Below the pieces are notes generated by a model. That model was not told where the DNA came from and did not search any database. It was given only the letters and a program-made list of their open reading frames with translations. Positions 1 to 11,174 of a DNA stretch of 64,000 nt are shown here, piece by piece. The position numbers were made by a program, and so were the translations under genes. Every line of letters begins with the position of its first letter. Within the stretch, counting starts at the first letter, position 1. The stretch is from Candidatus Eiseniibacteriota bacterium. Its GTDB lineage: Bacteria > Eisenbacteria > RBG-16-71-46 > SZUA-252. The DNA lies in NCBI GenBank assembly GCA_963703225.1, contig OY969801.1:2208001-2272000 (forward strand), written 5' to 3'.

Positions 1-1146
1 CAGCCCGCGCGCCACGCGGCGTGCGCGCGCGCGGACGCTCGCCGCGGGCTCCCCGAGCATTCGAAGCACGGGCACCGTGCTCTGAAGCCGCTCCGGATCG
101 CGGTAGAGGCGAAGCGTGGCCTCGAGCGCCGCGAGCGTCAGCTTGTCGACGCGGAGCGCGCGGGCCATCGGGTTCGCCCGGCACGCGTCGATGATCTTTC
201 GATTCCCGGCGAGGATCCCCGCCTGGGGCCCGCCGAGGAGCTTGTCGCCGCTCGCGCACGCGATCGACACCCCCGCAGCCAGCGCGTCGCGCAGGAGCGG
301 TTCCTCGGGAAGCCCGAGCGGCCTCAGGTCGATCAGGGCGCCGCTCCCCACGTCCTCGAAGAGCGGGATCTTCCGGCGCCGCGCGAGGCGGACGAGCTCG
401 GGCCGCGTGGCCCCCTCCTCGAAGCCGACGAGGGCAAAATTGCTCCGATGAACGCGGAGAATGATCCCGGTCTTCGGTCCGATGGCGCGCTCGTAGTCGC
501 GGAGCCGGGTCCGGTTGGTGGTCCCGACTTCGCGGAGCTCTGCCCCGGCCCGCTCCAGAATGTCGGGGATTCGAAACTCGCCACCGATCTCCACCAGCTC
601 CCCGCGCGAGATGACCGCCTGCCGGCCCGCGGACAGCGTGTTCAGGCCGAGGAGCATCGCCGATGCGTTGTTGTTCAAAACGAGCGCCGCCTGCGCCCCC
701 AGAATTTCACGGAGGAGCGGCTCCAGGTGGGCCATCCGGGATCCACGGCCCCCCGTGGCCAGGTCCAGCTCCAGATTCGAGTAGGAGCGCGCCGCGTCGA
801 CCACGGCGCGGACCGCCTCCTCCGCGAGCGGGGCGCGGCCGAGATTCGTATGGAGGATCACGCCGGTCGCGTTGATCACGGGCCTGAGGCTCGGTCGGAG
901 CCGCGCCTCGGCTCGGCGGCGCGCCTCCTCGGCCAGGGGGGCGGACGCGTCGTCCGGACTCCCCTCGCCTTTCCGGATCGCGGAGCGCCGCTCGGCGAGC
1001 GTCTCGCGCACGGCGGAGACGACCACGCCCCGCGGCGCCCGGGAGAGAAGCTCTCGAAGCGCCGGCGACCCGAGCAGCGATTCCACCGACGGGATCGCGC
1101 GAAGCCGCGCGCGATCGGCGTTCCGCCGCGCCTCGCCCGGGCTCAC
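1..1146 (-). CDS. selA: L-seryl-tRNA(Sec) selenium transferase (runs off the left edge; absent from ORF track)
   Basis: Manual minus-strand translation gives LRPVINATGVILHTNLGRAPL and SGDKLLGGPQAG; GTG start overlaps the livF stop. Confidence 0.93.
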   Translation of the reverse strand, partial: MSPGEARRNADRARLRAIPSVESLLGSPALRELLSRAPRGVVVSAVRETLAERRSAIRKGEGSPDDASAPLAEEARRRAEARLRPSLRPVINATGVILHTNLGRAPLAEEAVRAVVDAARSYSNLELDLATGGRGSRMAHLEPLLREILGAQAALVLNNNASAMLLGLNTLSAGRQAVISRGELVEIGGEFRIPDILERAGAELREVGTTNRTRLRDYERAIGPKTGIILRVHRSNFALVGFEEGATRPELVRLARRRKIPLFEDVGSGALIDLRPLGLPEEPLLRDALAAGVSIACASGDKLLGGPQAGILAGNRKIIDACRANPMARALRVDKLTLAALEATLRLYRDPERLQSTVPVLRMLGEPAASVRARARRVARGL

Positions 1147-1858
1147 GCGGGTCCTCCCAGGTAAGCGGCCTGGACGGAGGGGTTGGCCAGGAGCGCGTCG
1201 GCTCGGTCGGAGAGGCGCACCTCGCCCGTCTCGAGGACGTAGCCGCGGTCCGCGACCGCGAGCGCCATCCGCGCGTTCTGCTCCACCAGCACGATGGTGG
1301 TCCCCTGGCCGCGGATTTCCCGGATCACGCCGAAGATCTCGCGCACGAGGATCGGCGCGAGACCGAGCGAGGGTTCGTCCATCAGAAGAAGCTTGGGGCG
1401 AGCCATCAGGGCCCGACCGATCGCGAGCATCTGCTGCTCCCCTCCGCTCAGGTGCCCGAGGCCTGCCGCCGTCGCTCTTCGAGCCGCGGAAAGAGACGGA
1501 AGACGCGCTTCAGATCCTCCGTGATCCCGGCCCGGTCGCGGCGAAGGTAGGCGCCCAGATCCAGATTATCCCCCACCGTGAGGTTGGCGAATACGATTCG
1601 TCCCTCCGGCACGTGCGAAATTCCCAGCTTCACGATCTCGTGGGCGGGACGGCCGGCGATCGACGCGCCCCGGTAGCGAATCGATCCGCGGCTCGGTTTC
1701 AAGAGGCCCGAGATCGCTCGAAGCGTGGTGCTCTTGCCGGCGCCGTTGGCGCCCACCAGCGTCACGATCTGCCCCTCTTCGACCGTGATGGAGATCCCCT
1801 TCAGCGCGTGGATCGCGCCGTAGTGGACGTGGGTTTCCGTGAGCTCGAGGAGCGTCAC
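1143..1858 (-). CDS. livF: Branched-chain amino acid ABC ATPase, frameshifted near 1450
   Basis: GANGAGKST Walker A in one frame, (LSGGEQQ)MLAIGRALM..LLLMDEPSLGLAP in another; one missing C in ACC(C)TG joins them. Confidence 0.88.
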
Positions 1859-2625
1859 GGTCCCTCTCCGAGATAGGCCTCGATCACCTTGGGGTCGCGC
1901 CGGATTCGATCGGGGTCCCCTTCGGCGATCTTGACGCCGTAGTCGAGCACGGTGATCCGCTGGCAGATTCCCATCACGACCTTCATGTCGTGCTCGATCA
2001 GGAGTACGGTCAGATCGTAGAACTCCCGGGCATGATCGATGAGCTTCATCAGCGCCTGGGTTTCCTGCGGGTTGAGCCCCGCGGCCGGCTCGTCCAGAAG
2101 GAGCAGCCGCGGCTCCGCCGCGAGCGCCCGCGCGATCTCCAGGCGCCGCTGCTCCCCGTAGGGAAGATGGCGAGCGGTCTGGTCGCGATATTTCTCGAGC
2201 GCGAAGGTGTGCAGGAGCGCGTCCGAGCGCATGAGGATGTCGTTTTCCTCGTCGACCGACCGGGTCGTCGAGAGCACGCTGTCGATGAGCCCCACCCCCG
2301 CGTGGGTGTGGCAGGCGATCCGAACGTTGTCGAGGCAGGTCAGGTCGGCGAAGAGGCGCGGGCTTTGAAAGGTCCGCGCCACCCCGTGACGCGCGATGGT
2401 CGACGTGGCCTGCCCCTGGATCTGCCTTCCCTCGAAGACGATGGTCCCCCGGGACGGGGCGTAGACGCCGGTGATCAGATTGAACACGGTCGTCTTTCCC
2501 GCCCCGTTGGGGCCGATCAGCCCCGCCAGGATTCCCTGCGGGAGCGAGAGCTCGAGGTCCGAGACCGCCTTGAGGCCGCCAAACGTGCACGTGACGTTTC
2601 GCAGCTCGAGAAGCGCGTCGCTCAC
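1855..2625 (-). CDS. livG: Branched-chain amino acid ABC ATPase
   Basis: [33 protein letters not shown]-terminal VIEAYLG. Confidence 0.93.
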   Translation of the reverse strand: MSDALLELRNVTCTFGGLKAVSDLELSLPQGILAGLIGPNGAGKTTVFNLITGVYAPSRGTIVFEGRQIQGQATSTIARHGVARTFQSPRLFADLTCLDNVRIACHTHAGVGLIDSVLSTTRSVDEENDILMRSDALLHTFALEKYRDQTARHLPYGEQRRLEIARALAAEPRLLLLDEPAAGLNPQETQALMKLIDHAREFYDLTVLLIEHDMKVVMGICQRITVLDYGVKIAEGDPDRIRRDPKVIEAYLGEGP

Positions 2626-3629
2626 GGGTTCTCCGCCGCGGGCCGCCGGCCGAACCGTGCGAGCAACTTCCGAAGCGAGATCTCGCGCCGTCCCAAAATG
2701 CCCTGCGGGCGCGCGATCATCAGCACGATCAAGAGCAGCGAGTAGATGATGAGCCGCTCGGCGCTCGCGAAGCGGAGAGCCTCCGGGAGCGCGGTCAAGA
2801 GCGCCGCGCCGAGCAACGATCCGGAAAGGCTCCCCATCCCACCCAGCACCACCATCACGATGACCTCGATCGACTTCATGAACGTGAAGCTGTTGGTGTG
2901 GAGGTAGGTGTAGTGGGCGAACAAGGCCCCGGCGACACCGGCGAAGAAGGCCGCGATCACGAACGCGAACACCTTGTAGCGGGTCGTCGGGACGCCGAGG
3001 GCTTCGGCCGCGATCTCATCTTCGCGAATCGCGAGGAACGCCCGGCCGTGGTAGGAACGCATGAGGTTTCGGATGACCACGAAGGTCACGACCACGCCGC
3101 CGAGCACCCAGGCAAGATTGGTGCGGGCCGGAACGCCGGCAAAGCCGCGGGCCCCCCCGACGGCGTCGACGTTCAGGATCACGACCCGGATGATCTCGCC
3201 GAAGCCGAGGGTCACGATCGCCAGGTAGTCGCCGCGGAGCCGCATCGAGGGAAGACCCACCAAGAATCCCGCGGCGGCGCTGACCGCGCCTCCGACCAGG
3301 ATCGCGAGCAAGAACGGGCCCGCCGCCGCCAGGCCGCCCTCTCCGGTTTCGACTCCGAACAGCCGAGGAACGGCGTAGACGGTGAAGGCGGCCGACGTGT
3401 AGGCGCCCACGGCCATGAAGCCCGCGTGCCCGATCGAGAACTGCCCGGTGATCCCGTTTACGAGATTCAAGCTGAGCGCCAGAATGGCGTTCAGCCCACA
3501 GAGAACCAAAATTCTGTAGATGTAGGGGTTGACGGTCTGGACCAAGGCCCGGTCGATCGCCCAGACCGCGAGGATCGCGCCCGCGGTCCAGAGAAGGCGG
3601 AGCCCGAGCCTAAACCTTCTCCGCGACAT
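2622..3629 (-). CDS. livM: Branched-chain amino acid ABC permease
   Basis: [10 protein letters not shown] and [17 protein letters not shown] motifs; multi-TM. Confidence 0.92.
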   Translation of the reverse strand: MSRRRFRLGLRLLWTAGAILAVWAIDRALVQTVNPYIYRILVLCGLNAILALSLNLVNGITGQFSIGHAGFMAVGAYTSAAFTVYAVPRLFGVETGEGGLAAAGPFLLAILVGGAVSAAAGFLVGLPSMRLRGDYLAIVTLGFGEIIRVVILNVDAVGGARGFAGVPARTNLAWVLGGVVVTFVVIRNLMRSYHGRAFLAIREDEIAAEALGVPTTRYKVFAFVIAAFFAGVAGALFAHYTYLHTNSFTFMKSIEVIVMVVLGGMGSLSGSLLGAALLTALPEALRFASAERLIIYSLLLIVLMIARPQGILGRREISLRKLLARFGRRPAAENP

Positions 3630-4515
3630 TCCTGCCCAGAAGCCCGGCGGGCTTGATCAGAAGGACGAGGATCAGGATCACGAACGCGATCCCGTCCCGG
3701 TAGGTGGAGGAGATGTAGCCGACCACGAGGTACTCCGAGACCCCCATCAGCAATCCGCCGATCACAGCGCCTGGGATGCTCCCGATCCCTCCGAGCACCG
3801 CCGCGACAAACGCCTTGATCCCCGGCATGATGCCCATCAGGGGCTCAATCTTGGGATTGGTGAGCCCCACCAGGACGCCGGCCGCGGCCGCCAGCGCCGA
3901 TCCGATCGCGAACGTGATGGTGATGATCCGGTTGACCGGGATGCCCATGAGGCTCGCGGCGTCCCGGTTGAACGCCACGGCGCGCATCGCCTTTCCGGTC
4001 CGGGTCTTCTGGACGAACAGCGTGAGCGCCACCATGAGCAGAATGGAGACCAGCACCACGGTGATCTGGTGATTCGTGACCACGACCCCCTGGATCAGCT
4101 CCACCCGCCGTGGCGCGATCAGCTGCGGGAAAAACTTGGGATCGGCGCCGAAAATGCGGATGCCGAGGTTCTCCAGGAGGAGGGAAACCCCGATCGCCGT
4201 GATCAGCGCGGTGAGGCGGGAAGAGCGCCGGACCGGCCGGTACGCGAAGAACTCGATGGCCATCCCGAGGAGGGCGCAGATGACCATCGCACCGAGGAGG
4301 ACCAGGAGCGCCGCGAGCGGCGAGGCGTTCACCCCCCCGGCGCCGGTCCAGAGCGCCAAGAAATAGGCCGCGAAGGCCCCCACCATGTAGATGTCGCCGT
4401 GCGCGAAGTTGATGAGGCGGAGGATCCCGTAGACCATCGTGTAGCCGAGCGCGATCAGGGCGTAGATGCTCCCCCACGCGATCCCGTTCGCCAGCTGCTG
4501 GAGAAGCTCCTGCAC
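3610..4515 (-). CDS. livH: Branched-chain amino acid ABC permease
   Basis: QQLANGIAWGSIYALIALGYTMVYGILRLINFAHG; GTG start at 4515 chosen by family alignment. Confidence 0.92.
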   Translation of the reverse strand: MQELLQQLANGIAWGSIYALIALGYTMVYGILRLINFAHGDIYMVGAFAAYFLALWTGAGGVNASPLAALLVLLGAMVICALLGMAIEFFAYRPVRRSSRLTALITAIGVSLLLENLGIRIFGADPKFFPQLIAPRRVELIQGVVVTNHQITVVLVSILLMVALTLFVQKTRTGKAMRAVAFNRDAASLMGIPVNRIITITFAIGSALAAAAGVLVGLTNPKIEPLMGIMPGIKAFVAAVLGGIGSIPGAVIGGLLMGVSEYLVVGYISSTYRDGIAFVILILVLLIKPAGLLGRNVAEKV

Positions 4516-4543
4516 GTGGGGGGCGGGCTCTTCCGAGGTCGGT

Positions 4544-5738
4544 CTAGGGCTCGACCGCCGCCTTGAACTTGTACGCTCGGTTCTCGATGCCGAGAAATAC
4601 CGCCGGCTTGACCGCGTTTCGCGACGCGTCGAGCGAGATTCGTCCGGTGACACCCGGGAAGTCCTTGGTTGCCGCGATGATGTCGCGAAGCTTGGCGCGC
4701 GCCGCCTTCTGCTTCTCCGACCGGGCGCCGCAGAGCTCCCTGAATGCGGCCGGATCTTCCTGGCGCAAGCGATCCAGGGCGTTGGTCAGCACGCCCGCGG
4801 CGTCGTAGGCGAGCGCGGCGAGCCCGTCCGGGCTCGCGTTGTATCGCGCGCGATACTCCTTCACGAATTTCTGGATCGCCGGATTGGGATCCTGGTCCCA
4901 GTAGTGGTTCACGAAGTAGGAGCCGTTCAGGGCGTCCTGCGGCGATCTCGAGCAGGCGATCGGAAACCCATCCGTCCCCACCCAGGAACGGAACGTCGAG
5001 CCCCAGCTCACGAGCCTGCCGCGCGATCAATCCCACCTCGGTGTAGTACCCCGGCACCATCAGGAACTGCGGATGCTTCGACTTGATGACCGTGAGCTGC
5101 GCCTTGAAATCCTGATCGCCTTCGGAGTAGGCCTCGTCCGCCACGATGGTTCCACCCAGGGCCTGGAACGCCTGGGAGAAGTAGTTCGCGAGCCCGACGC
5201 TGTAGTCGTTCTTGTTGTCCCGGAAGACCGCCGCCTTGGTGAACCCGAGGGTGCTCCGCCCGAACTTGGCGATCATCTGGCCCTGGAACGGGTCGATGAA
5301 GCAGACGCGGGAGATGTAATCCCCCAGCTCGGTCACCTTGGGGTTGGTCGAGGAAGGGGTGATCATGGGGACGCCCGCCTTCTGGCAGATGGGAGCCGCC
5401 GCCATGCTCCGGCTGGACGCGACCTCTCCCAGAACCGCGATCACGCCGTCCTGATCCACCAGCTTGTTCACCGCAGTCGCCGCCTCTTCCGGCTTGGATT
5501 GGTCGTCTTCGACGATCACGCGAACCTTGACGCCGCCGATCCCGCCGCCGGCGTTGACGTTGTCCATGTAGAGCTCGATCCCATTCTTGGTCGAGGTCCC
5601 GAACGTGGCGGTTGTTCCCGTCAGCGAGCCGTACTCGCCGATGACGATCTCGTTTTGGCGCTTGGCGCAGCCCAGGAACAGGGCCGAGACAGCCGCGAGG
5701 GCGATTACCGCGCGATAGGCCATCCGATGCCGGATCAT
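4544..5738 (-). CDS. livK: Branched-chain amino acid ABC substrate-binding lipoprotein, frameshifted near 4942
   Basis: Lipobox LFLGC and Leu/Ile/Val-binding N-terminus (ORF 4455-5738); C-terminus (ALAYDAA..ATKDFPGVTG) lies in ORF 4544-5011. Confidence 0.85.
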
Positions 5739-5828
5739 CCTCGATCCTCCATGGCGTAAGTGTTTGATAACCCAGGGACTTTCATGCGTGTCGACCCGGC
5801 GCCACCCTAGCCGATCGACTCCCCGGTT

Positions 5829-7325
5829 TCAAGGCTCAACCGGCGCTTCCTCGAGGGGAACCGCCTTCCCAGAGCGGATCACGAGCCGCTCGGGATAAGC
5901 TGGAACGACCGGGCGGAGCGCGCGCAGCGTGCGGCCTTCGTCCGTTTCGTAGACCTGGCTCCGGAGTGCCTGGCGAAGCTGCGACGCGGTGACGCATCCA
6001 GACTCGATCGCCCGGTTGATCGCCAGCCCGCTCAAGTAACCCCGGACCGACATGCGGGTGGGCGAGTCCTTGAACGTCCGCTCATATCGCGTTTGGAACG
6101 AATCGCGCGGCGCGCCGTCGAGCGCGTAGTCGCCCATGAAGATCACGGCCCCTTCCAGGCCGTCCCGTCCCTCCGGATTCAGCCCGTCCGGGTCGAGCGA
6201 TTGGAACCCAAACACACGGGCGCGGGGCGGGGGCCAGGCCGACGCGAGCTGGGCGCCCACGTTTCCCATCAAGCGCGGCGACCCCACAAGAACGAGCGCC
6301 GTGGGTCGGAGCGCGCGGAGATTCTGAAGCGGCTTGGTCACGTCGGCCTCGTCCTCGGCCACCCGCTCGATTCCAAGGACCCGCACCGCCGCGAAGTCGC
6401 ACGCCGCGGCGACGTCGGCGGCCTGGACGGAGTCCTCCTCCGTCCGGGCGGCGAGGATGGCGATCGAGGAGTGAGGCGATTCCCCAGCGAGATGGCGCGC
6501 GAGGGCCGCCGCCGTCGCGCTCGGGCCGATGTGAAGCTGGAAGACCCCGTCGCCAAGAATCGCGAGCCGCTCGTTCGTGGCCGAAGGGGAGATGAGGATC
6601 GCGCCCAGGACCTGCGTGGCGGCCGCGAGCGGCGCGGTGTTGACACTGAAGATCTCGCCGACCAACACCGAAACACCGTGGTCTTTCAATAGCCAGCGCG
6701 ATTTCCGCGCTCCGACCAGAGGATCTCCCTCCGAATCGTGGAGAATCAGGTGGAGCGTCGGGGCCCACTCACGGTTGTGCTCGTCCAGCGCGAGGCGAAA
6801 GCCGTTCACAAAGGTCTTGCCGAAGCGTTCGTAGCGCCCGGTGAGCGGGACCACCACGCCGATCCGGGTGAGGCCCTGCGCCGCGCGCTTGATCGCGACC
6901 GAATCGAGCGGGCAGTCACCCATCCCTTCCACGATCGACTGGAGTTTCTTCCGCTCCGCGCCTGTCGGCCCGACGGCGAGCCCGACCCGGGCGGCCCAGG
7001 AGCGCTCGGCGGCCCGCGTCATCGGATCGAACCTGGACACTTCGGGGGTCGAGGCGTACTCGATCGCCCACCCCGCGACGGCCGGGTCTTTGGGATGCTC
7101 CAAGATCCGGGCCTTCAGCTCCCCAGCCCGATTTCCCGGGTATCGTTTGGTCGGCGTCGCACGCGCCGTCGAGTCGGATCGCGCGGCGGGGGCGCCGGGC
7201 GCGGTCTCCCCGCCGGTCAGAACGCCCGCCATCGCGGCCGCGCACAGGAGGACAAGGATTGTCGCCGGCGCGCGCCGCCGCGCGTCGGGATGGCGGCCTG
7301 TCCGCGACAGACTAGCGCGCGCCAT
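5829..7325 (-). CDS. Periplasmic binding-fold protein (LpoA/LivK-like)
   Basis: N-terminal hydrophobic segment, then RIGVVVPLTGRY..FG..F.NG type-I PBP start; start codon uncertain. Confidence 0.65.
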   Translation of the reverse strand: MARASLSRTGRHPDARRRAPATILVLLCAAAMAGVLTGGETAPGAPAARSDSTARATPTKRYPGNRAGELKARILEHPKDPAVAGWAIEYASTPEVSRFDPMTRAAERSWAARVGLAVGPTGAERKKLQSIVEGMGDCPLDSVAIKRAAQGLTRIGVVVPLTGRYERFGKTFVNGFRLALDEHNREWAPTLHLILHDSEGDPLVGARKSRWLLKDHGVSVLVGEIFSVNTAPLAAATQVLGAILISPSATNERLAILGDGVFQLHIGPSATAAALARHLAGESPHSSIAILAARTEEDSVQAADVAAACDFAAVRVLGIERVAEDEADVTKPLQNLRALRPTALVLVGSPRLMGNVGAQLASAWPPPRARVFGFQSLDPDGLNPEGRDGLEGAVIFMGDYALDGAPRDSFQTRYERTFKDSPTRMSVRGYLSGLAINRAIESGCVTASQLRQALRSQVYETDEGRTLRALRPVVPAYPERLVIRSGKAVPLEEAPVEP

Positions 7326-7833
7326 GGAGGGCCGCGTGCTCCAGCGCCAGCTGGACGTAGTGATCGGCGGATTGGCGGAGTCGCTGATGGATCTCCGGTG
7401 GGATGGGACCGCGTACCACACCGGGGACCCCCGCGACGAAGGAGCGGGGCGGCACGATCGTTCCCTCCCGCACCACGCACCCCGCCGCGACCAGCGATTC
7501 CTCGCCGATCTCGGAATCGTCGAGCACGATCGCCCCCATGCCGATCAAGCACCGGTCGTGGATCGTGGCGCCGTGGAGGATTGCCCGATGGCCGGCCGTC
7601 ACCTCTCGCCCCACCGATAGCCCCGATCTCCCCGTCGTCGTGTGGAGGATGCAGCCGTCCTGGATGTTGGTGCGGGCGCCGATCACGATCGGCCCCACGT
7701 CCCCCCGGAGGACCGACCCGTACCAGACGGACGCCTCTTCCCCCAATACGACGTCGCCCACCACGAGAGCGGTGGGCGCGACAAAAGCGGAGGCCGGCAC
7801 GATCGGCGTCCGACCGCGGAGAGATGCGATCAC
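7312..7833 (-). CDS. Gamma carbonic anhydrase family protein
   Basis: Hexapeptide repeats, LRGD, NIQD..LH, GH.A.LHG. Confidence 0.92.
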   Translation of the reverse strand: MIASLRGRTPIVPASAFVAPTALVVGDVVLGEEASVWYGSVLRGDVGPIVIGARTNIQDGCILHTTTGRSGLSVGREVTAGHRAILHGATIHDRCLIGMGAIVLDDSEIGEESLVAAGCVVREGTIVPPRSFVAGVPGVVRGPIPPEIHQRLRQSADHYVQLALEHAALHGAR

Positions 7834-7858
7834 GCGCCCTGCCGAGCGGGCGACGCGA

Positions 7859-8374
7859 CTAGAGCTCCTCGGGGTTCCACTTTCCGAAATCCTCCGGGTT
7901 CATCTCTTCGAGATAGCGGCGCAGCTCCTCCGCCTTTTCCTCGGGGGATTTCTCGGGAGGCGTCGCGGCGCCGGGCTGGCGAGCCGATTTCTGGAACACC
8001 GCGTCCACGACGAAGATCGGCACGCGGGTGCGGAGCGCGACGGCGATCGAATCGCTGGGACGCGCGTCGACCGGAACCGCGCCATTGCCGCCGTCCAAAT
8101 AGATGTTGGCGAAGAAGGTGGTGTCCTTGAGGTCGGTGATCACGACGCGCGAAACCTTCGCCTTGAGCGACTCGATGACGCTCACCAGAAGGTCGTGCGT
8201 GAGGGGCCGCTGGTATCGCTTCCCGACCAGCTCCATGTGGATCGCGGTCGCTTCGTTCGGCCCGATCCAGATCGGGAGCACGCGATTCCCCTCGATCTCT
8301 TGAAGAATGACGACCGGGCTCTTGGATCGCTCGTCGATGGCCAGGCCGCCCACGCGTACGGGGATCATGCTCAT
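7859..8374 (-). CDS. Bifunctional nuclease family (DUF151)
   Basis: LPIWIG..EA, RPLTHDL, DARPSDSIAVALR. Confidence 0.92.
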   Translation of the reverse strand: MSMIPVRVGGLAIDERSKSPVVILQEIEGNRVLPIWIGPNEATAIHMELVGKRYQRPLTHDLLVSVIESLKAKVSRVVITDLKDTTFFANIYLDGGNGAVPVDARPSDSIAVALRTRVPIFVVDAVFQKSARQPGAATPPEKSPEEKAEELRRYLEEMNPEDFGKWNPEEL

Positions 8375-8379
8375 GGCCG

Positions 8380-9735
8380 CTACTGCGATCCCTCCGTTGC
8401 ACCCGTCTTTCCGGAATCGGGGGCCGCCGGCGTCCCTCCGTTACCGCCCGGTCCCTCTTCTTCGTCGAGCTCGGGCGCCGGTTTTTCCATGTTGTCGATC
8501 ATCCACTTCGCGGATCCGGCGAGATCGGAGTCCGGATGCTCCTTCAGGAACTTCTCGAACTCATCGCGCGCGAGCTCATACTCGCCCAGTTCCTCCGCGT
8601 AGGTGAAGCCTATCATGAACTGAGCCTGGATCGAGACGCGTTCCTGGGGGTAGCGTTGGATCAAAGAGCGGTAGAGATCAATCCGCTCGAGCGGCGTGAC
8701 CGCCGCCTGCGCTTCCTTGAAAAAGTCTTCGGCGGTCTTTCCGGGCGAGAGCGCGACACGGATCGAGTCGTCGAAGATGGTCGCCTCCTTCATCATCGAA
8801 TCCGTGAGGGCCTTTCCGTATTGCTCGCGCTGATCGGAGCGGAGCCTCGAGGCGATCCGCGGCCGCACCGACTCGATCGGTTGAGCCGTCTTCTCCTCGC
8901 GGGTCTCGACGCGGATCAGGTGCCAGCTCTTCGGGCCCTTCAAGGGCTGGCTCGCTTGATCGATCGGGAGCGCGTACGCCGCCGCCACGATCGTCGGCGC
9001 CTTTCCAATTCCGGGCACGAGGTCGGTGTCCCGCACGACCCATCCCAGAAGGCCGCCCGTCCCGCGGGTGGCCTGATCGGTGGAGTACTTGGCGCAGGTG
9101 GCGTCCCACAGCGCTCCCTTGACGAGCGCGCGGCGAACCTCGGCCGCCTTGGCCTTCGTGGCGAGCTGAATGTGCCGCACGCGGGCGCGGGCGGGGATGG
9201 CGAACTCCTGAGCATGGGAGTCGTAGTAGCTCTGGATCGCCGAATCGGGGACCGCCGGCAGCGCCGAGGTCTTCCAATCGTAGAAGCGCCGGATCAGAAG
9301 GTCCCTGGCCGACTGCTGGAGCGAGGCCTGGTAGAGGGAATCCTTCTCGAGCCCGGCCTTTTGGGCGGCGTCGTACATCGCCTCCTGCATCACCACGCGC
9401 GACACCACGTCGCGATACCCGTCGGGTTGGCGAAGCTGAGTCTGAAGCCCGGCCGGTGCCGTGGCGATGAGGGAATCGATCTCATGGCGCGTGATCTTCC
9501 GCGAACCCACCACGGCCACGATCGGACCCAACGTGTCGGGTTGGGCGGGATGCCAGACGCGCGAGCCGGAGGGCCCGCCCGCCCGGGACGCGGCGCCGTT
9601 TCCGTCGGCCGGCTTGGGCCCCTTGGAGCAGCCGGCCATGGCCAGAAGAAGAAGGGAGCCAATCGCGGCGGCCGCACCCCAGCGCGAGGCCGCGGCGCAG
9701 CGCCTGGTACCGTTCGGGGCGTGGGCGGAGTTCAT
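8380..9735 (-). CDS. PpiC-type peptidyl-prolyl isomerase lipoprotein with C-terminal TPR-like region
   Basis: Lipobox MAGC, RVRHI, YSTD...GGLLGW, WHLI; real start MNSAH at 9735 overlaps the rplI stop. Confidence 0.82.
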   Translation of the reverse strand: MNSAHAPNGTRRCAAASRWGAAAAIGSLLLLAMAGCSKGPKPADGNGAASRAGGPSGSRVWHPAQPDTLGPIVAVVGSRKITRHEIDSLIATAPAGLQTQLRQPDGYRDVVSRVVMQEAMYDAAQKAGLEKDSLYQASLQQSARDLLIRRFYDWKTSALPAVPDSAIQSYYDSHAQEFAIPARARVRHIQLATKAKAAEVRRALVKGALWDATCAKYSTDQATRGTGGLLGWVVRDTDLVPGIGKAPTIVAAAYALPIDQASQPLKGPKSWHLIRVETREEKTAQPIESVRPRIASRLRSDQREQYGKALTDSMMKEATIFDDSIRVALSPGKTAEDFFKEAQAAVTPLERIDLYRSLIQRYPQERVSIQAQFMIGFTYAEELGEYELARDEFEKFLKEHPDSDLAGSAKWMIDNMEKPAPELDEEEGPGGNGGTPAAPDSGKTGATEGSQ

Positions 9736-10175
9736 TTCCGTACGACCCACACCTTCACGGGCGCCTCGACGTCCTGGAAGAGATGGACAGGCACTTCGAA
9801 CACGCCGAGTGCCTTGAGCGGCTCGGCGAGCCGAATGTTCTTTCGCTCGATCGCGAAGCCTTCCGCCTTCAGCGCGTCCTGGATGTCCACCACCGTCACC
9901 GAGCCGTAGAGCTGGTCCTCTTCCCCGACCTGCGCGCTGAACTGGAGCGAGACCGCGGCCAGACGGTTCCGGAGCGCCTCCGCGGCCTGGCGCTGCTTCT
10001 GCTCCAGGGAGACCCGCGCCCGCTCTCGATCCTTGAAGACCGCCTGGGAGTTTCCGACCGCGGCGATCGCCTTCTTGCGGGGAAGCAGAAAGTTGCGGGC
10101 ATACCCGTCCGCGACGCGCACCGAAGCGCCCCGCTTTCCGAGCCCGCCGATGTCTTCGAGAAGAATGACCTCCAT
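9732..10175 (-). CDS. rplI: 50S ribosomal protein L9
   Basis: MEVILLEDI..LG..G..V.VADGYARNFLLP. Confidence 0.97.
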   Translation of the reverse strand: MEVILLEDIGGLGKRGASVRVADGYARNFLLPRKKAIAAVGNSQAVFKDRERARVSLEQKQRQAAEALRNRLAAVSLQFSAQVGEEDQLYGSVTVVDIQDALKAEGFAIERKNIRLAEPLKALGVFEVPVHLFQDVEAPVKVWVVRK

Positions 10176-10184
10176 CGTCCCTCC

Positions 10185-11174
10185 TTAGGTATCGTCGCCG
10201 CCCTGGCCGAGCGGGTCGCTGGGACCCGGGACGGCGCGGCGGCGGAAATCGTACCACGCGTCGAAAAAGCCGATTCCCAGGAACGCGAACACGAGAACCG
10301 GCATCAAAAGAATGAGAATCAGGATCGCGGCCTGAATCATCCAGCGAAGCTGGAACGCGATCGACATGAATCGCGCCACCGCGAATCCCTGAATGGTGTA
10401 GGCCACCGCGAGCGGGAACGCGAGATTCACCCCCGCTTCCACCGCCGGTTTCCATCGCGTCACGATCAGGACCAGCGCGAGGGCCACGGCCCACGCCCCG
10501 GCCGGGTGCACCCTCCAGGTCGAGAATTCCCCGAACGAGGGGAATCCCTCCTCGTCCTGGAAGAGGACCGAGGCGAGCCAGCAGTTGATCGCCATCACGA
10601 GCACCCACTTGATCGCGAAGAGCGACGGCAGGAGCAGCGTCCAGATCTTTCCTGTCTGCTCCAGCGCCCGCTCAAAATCGGCCGCCGAGAGCCCGAGCGT
10701 CTGCGAGACGCGATGCTCGCTCTCCAGGCGGCGCACTTCCTCGATCCGTAGCGCCAGAACGTGGCTCAACTCGTCGAGCCCGCCGAAGATGAGGTAGGCG
10801 GCTCCGACGGCCAGGACCGGCGACGCCGAGAGCACGAGCGCCGTCGAGGCCCGCACGCCCCGGCGCGCGCAGGCCGCGAGGCAGAGCCCCGATGCCGCGA
10901 GGACCGCGACGAAGAAAAGGCGCGACGGCTCCTGGAGCCCCGCGGCATAGACCGCGCCGAGCGTCGCCGTGGCCGCGAGCGCCCCAAGCAGGAGGCCGAC
11001 ACGACGCGCGAGCCAGAGAATGCCCACCGGGAGAAGGCCGTATCCCCACGGGATCGGGGCCGGCACGTCGCTCGATGCGGCGGCGATCAGCCCCGCGCCG
11101 AGGAGAAGCGCGCCGAGAGCGCGGACGGCCTCCAGTGGGGCGGCCGGCCGGCCCGAATCAGCGGTATTGCTCAC
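10185..11174 (-). CDS. DUF2232/YybS membrane protein
   Basis: Multi-TM with C-terminal [11 protein letters not shown]; canonical position between rpsR and rplI. Confidence 0.82.
   Translation of the reverse strand: MSNTADSGRPAAPLEAVRALGALLLGAGLIAAASSDVPAPIPWGYGLLPVGILWLARRVGLLLGALAATATLGAVYAAGLQEPSRLFFVAVLAASGLCLAACARRGVRASTALVLSASPVLAVGAAYLIFGGLDELSHVLALRIEEVRRLESEHRVSQTLGLSAADFERALEQTGKIWTLLLPSLFAIKWVLVMAINCWLASVLFQDEEGFPSFGEFSTWRVHPAGAWAVALALVLIVTRWKPAVEAGVNLAFPLAVAYTIQGFAVARFMSIAFQLRWMIQAAILILILLMPVLVFAFLGIGFFDAWYDFRRRAVPGPSDPLGQGGDDT

Noticed and set aside
1448..1450. In-frame TGA in livF next to selA as a selenocysteine codon
   Set aside because: Read-through would not reach the C-terminal half, which is in another frame; a one-base indel explains it.
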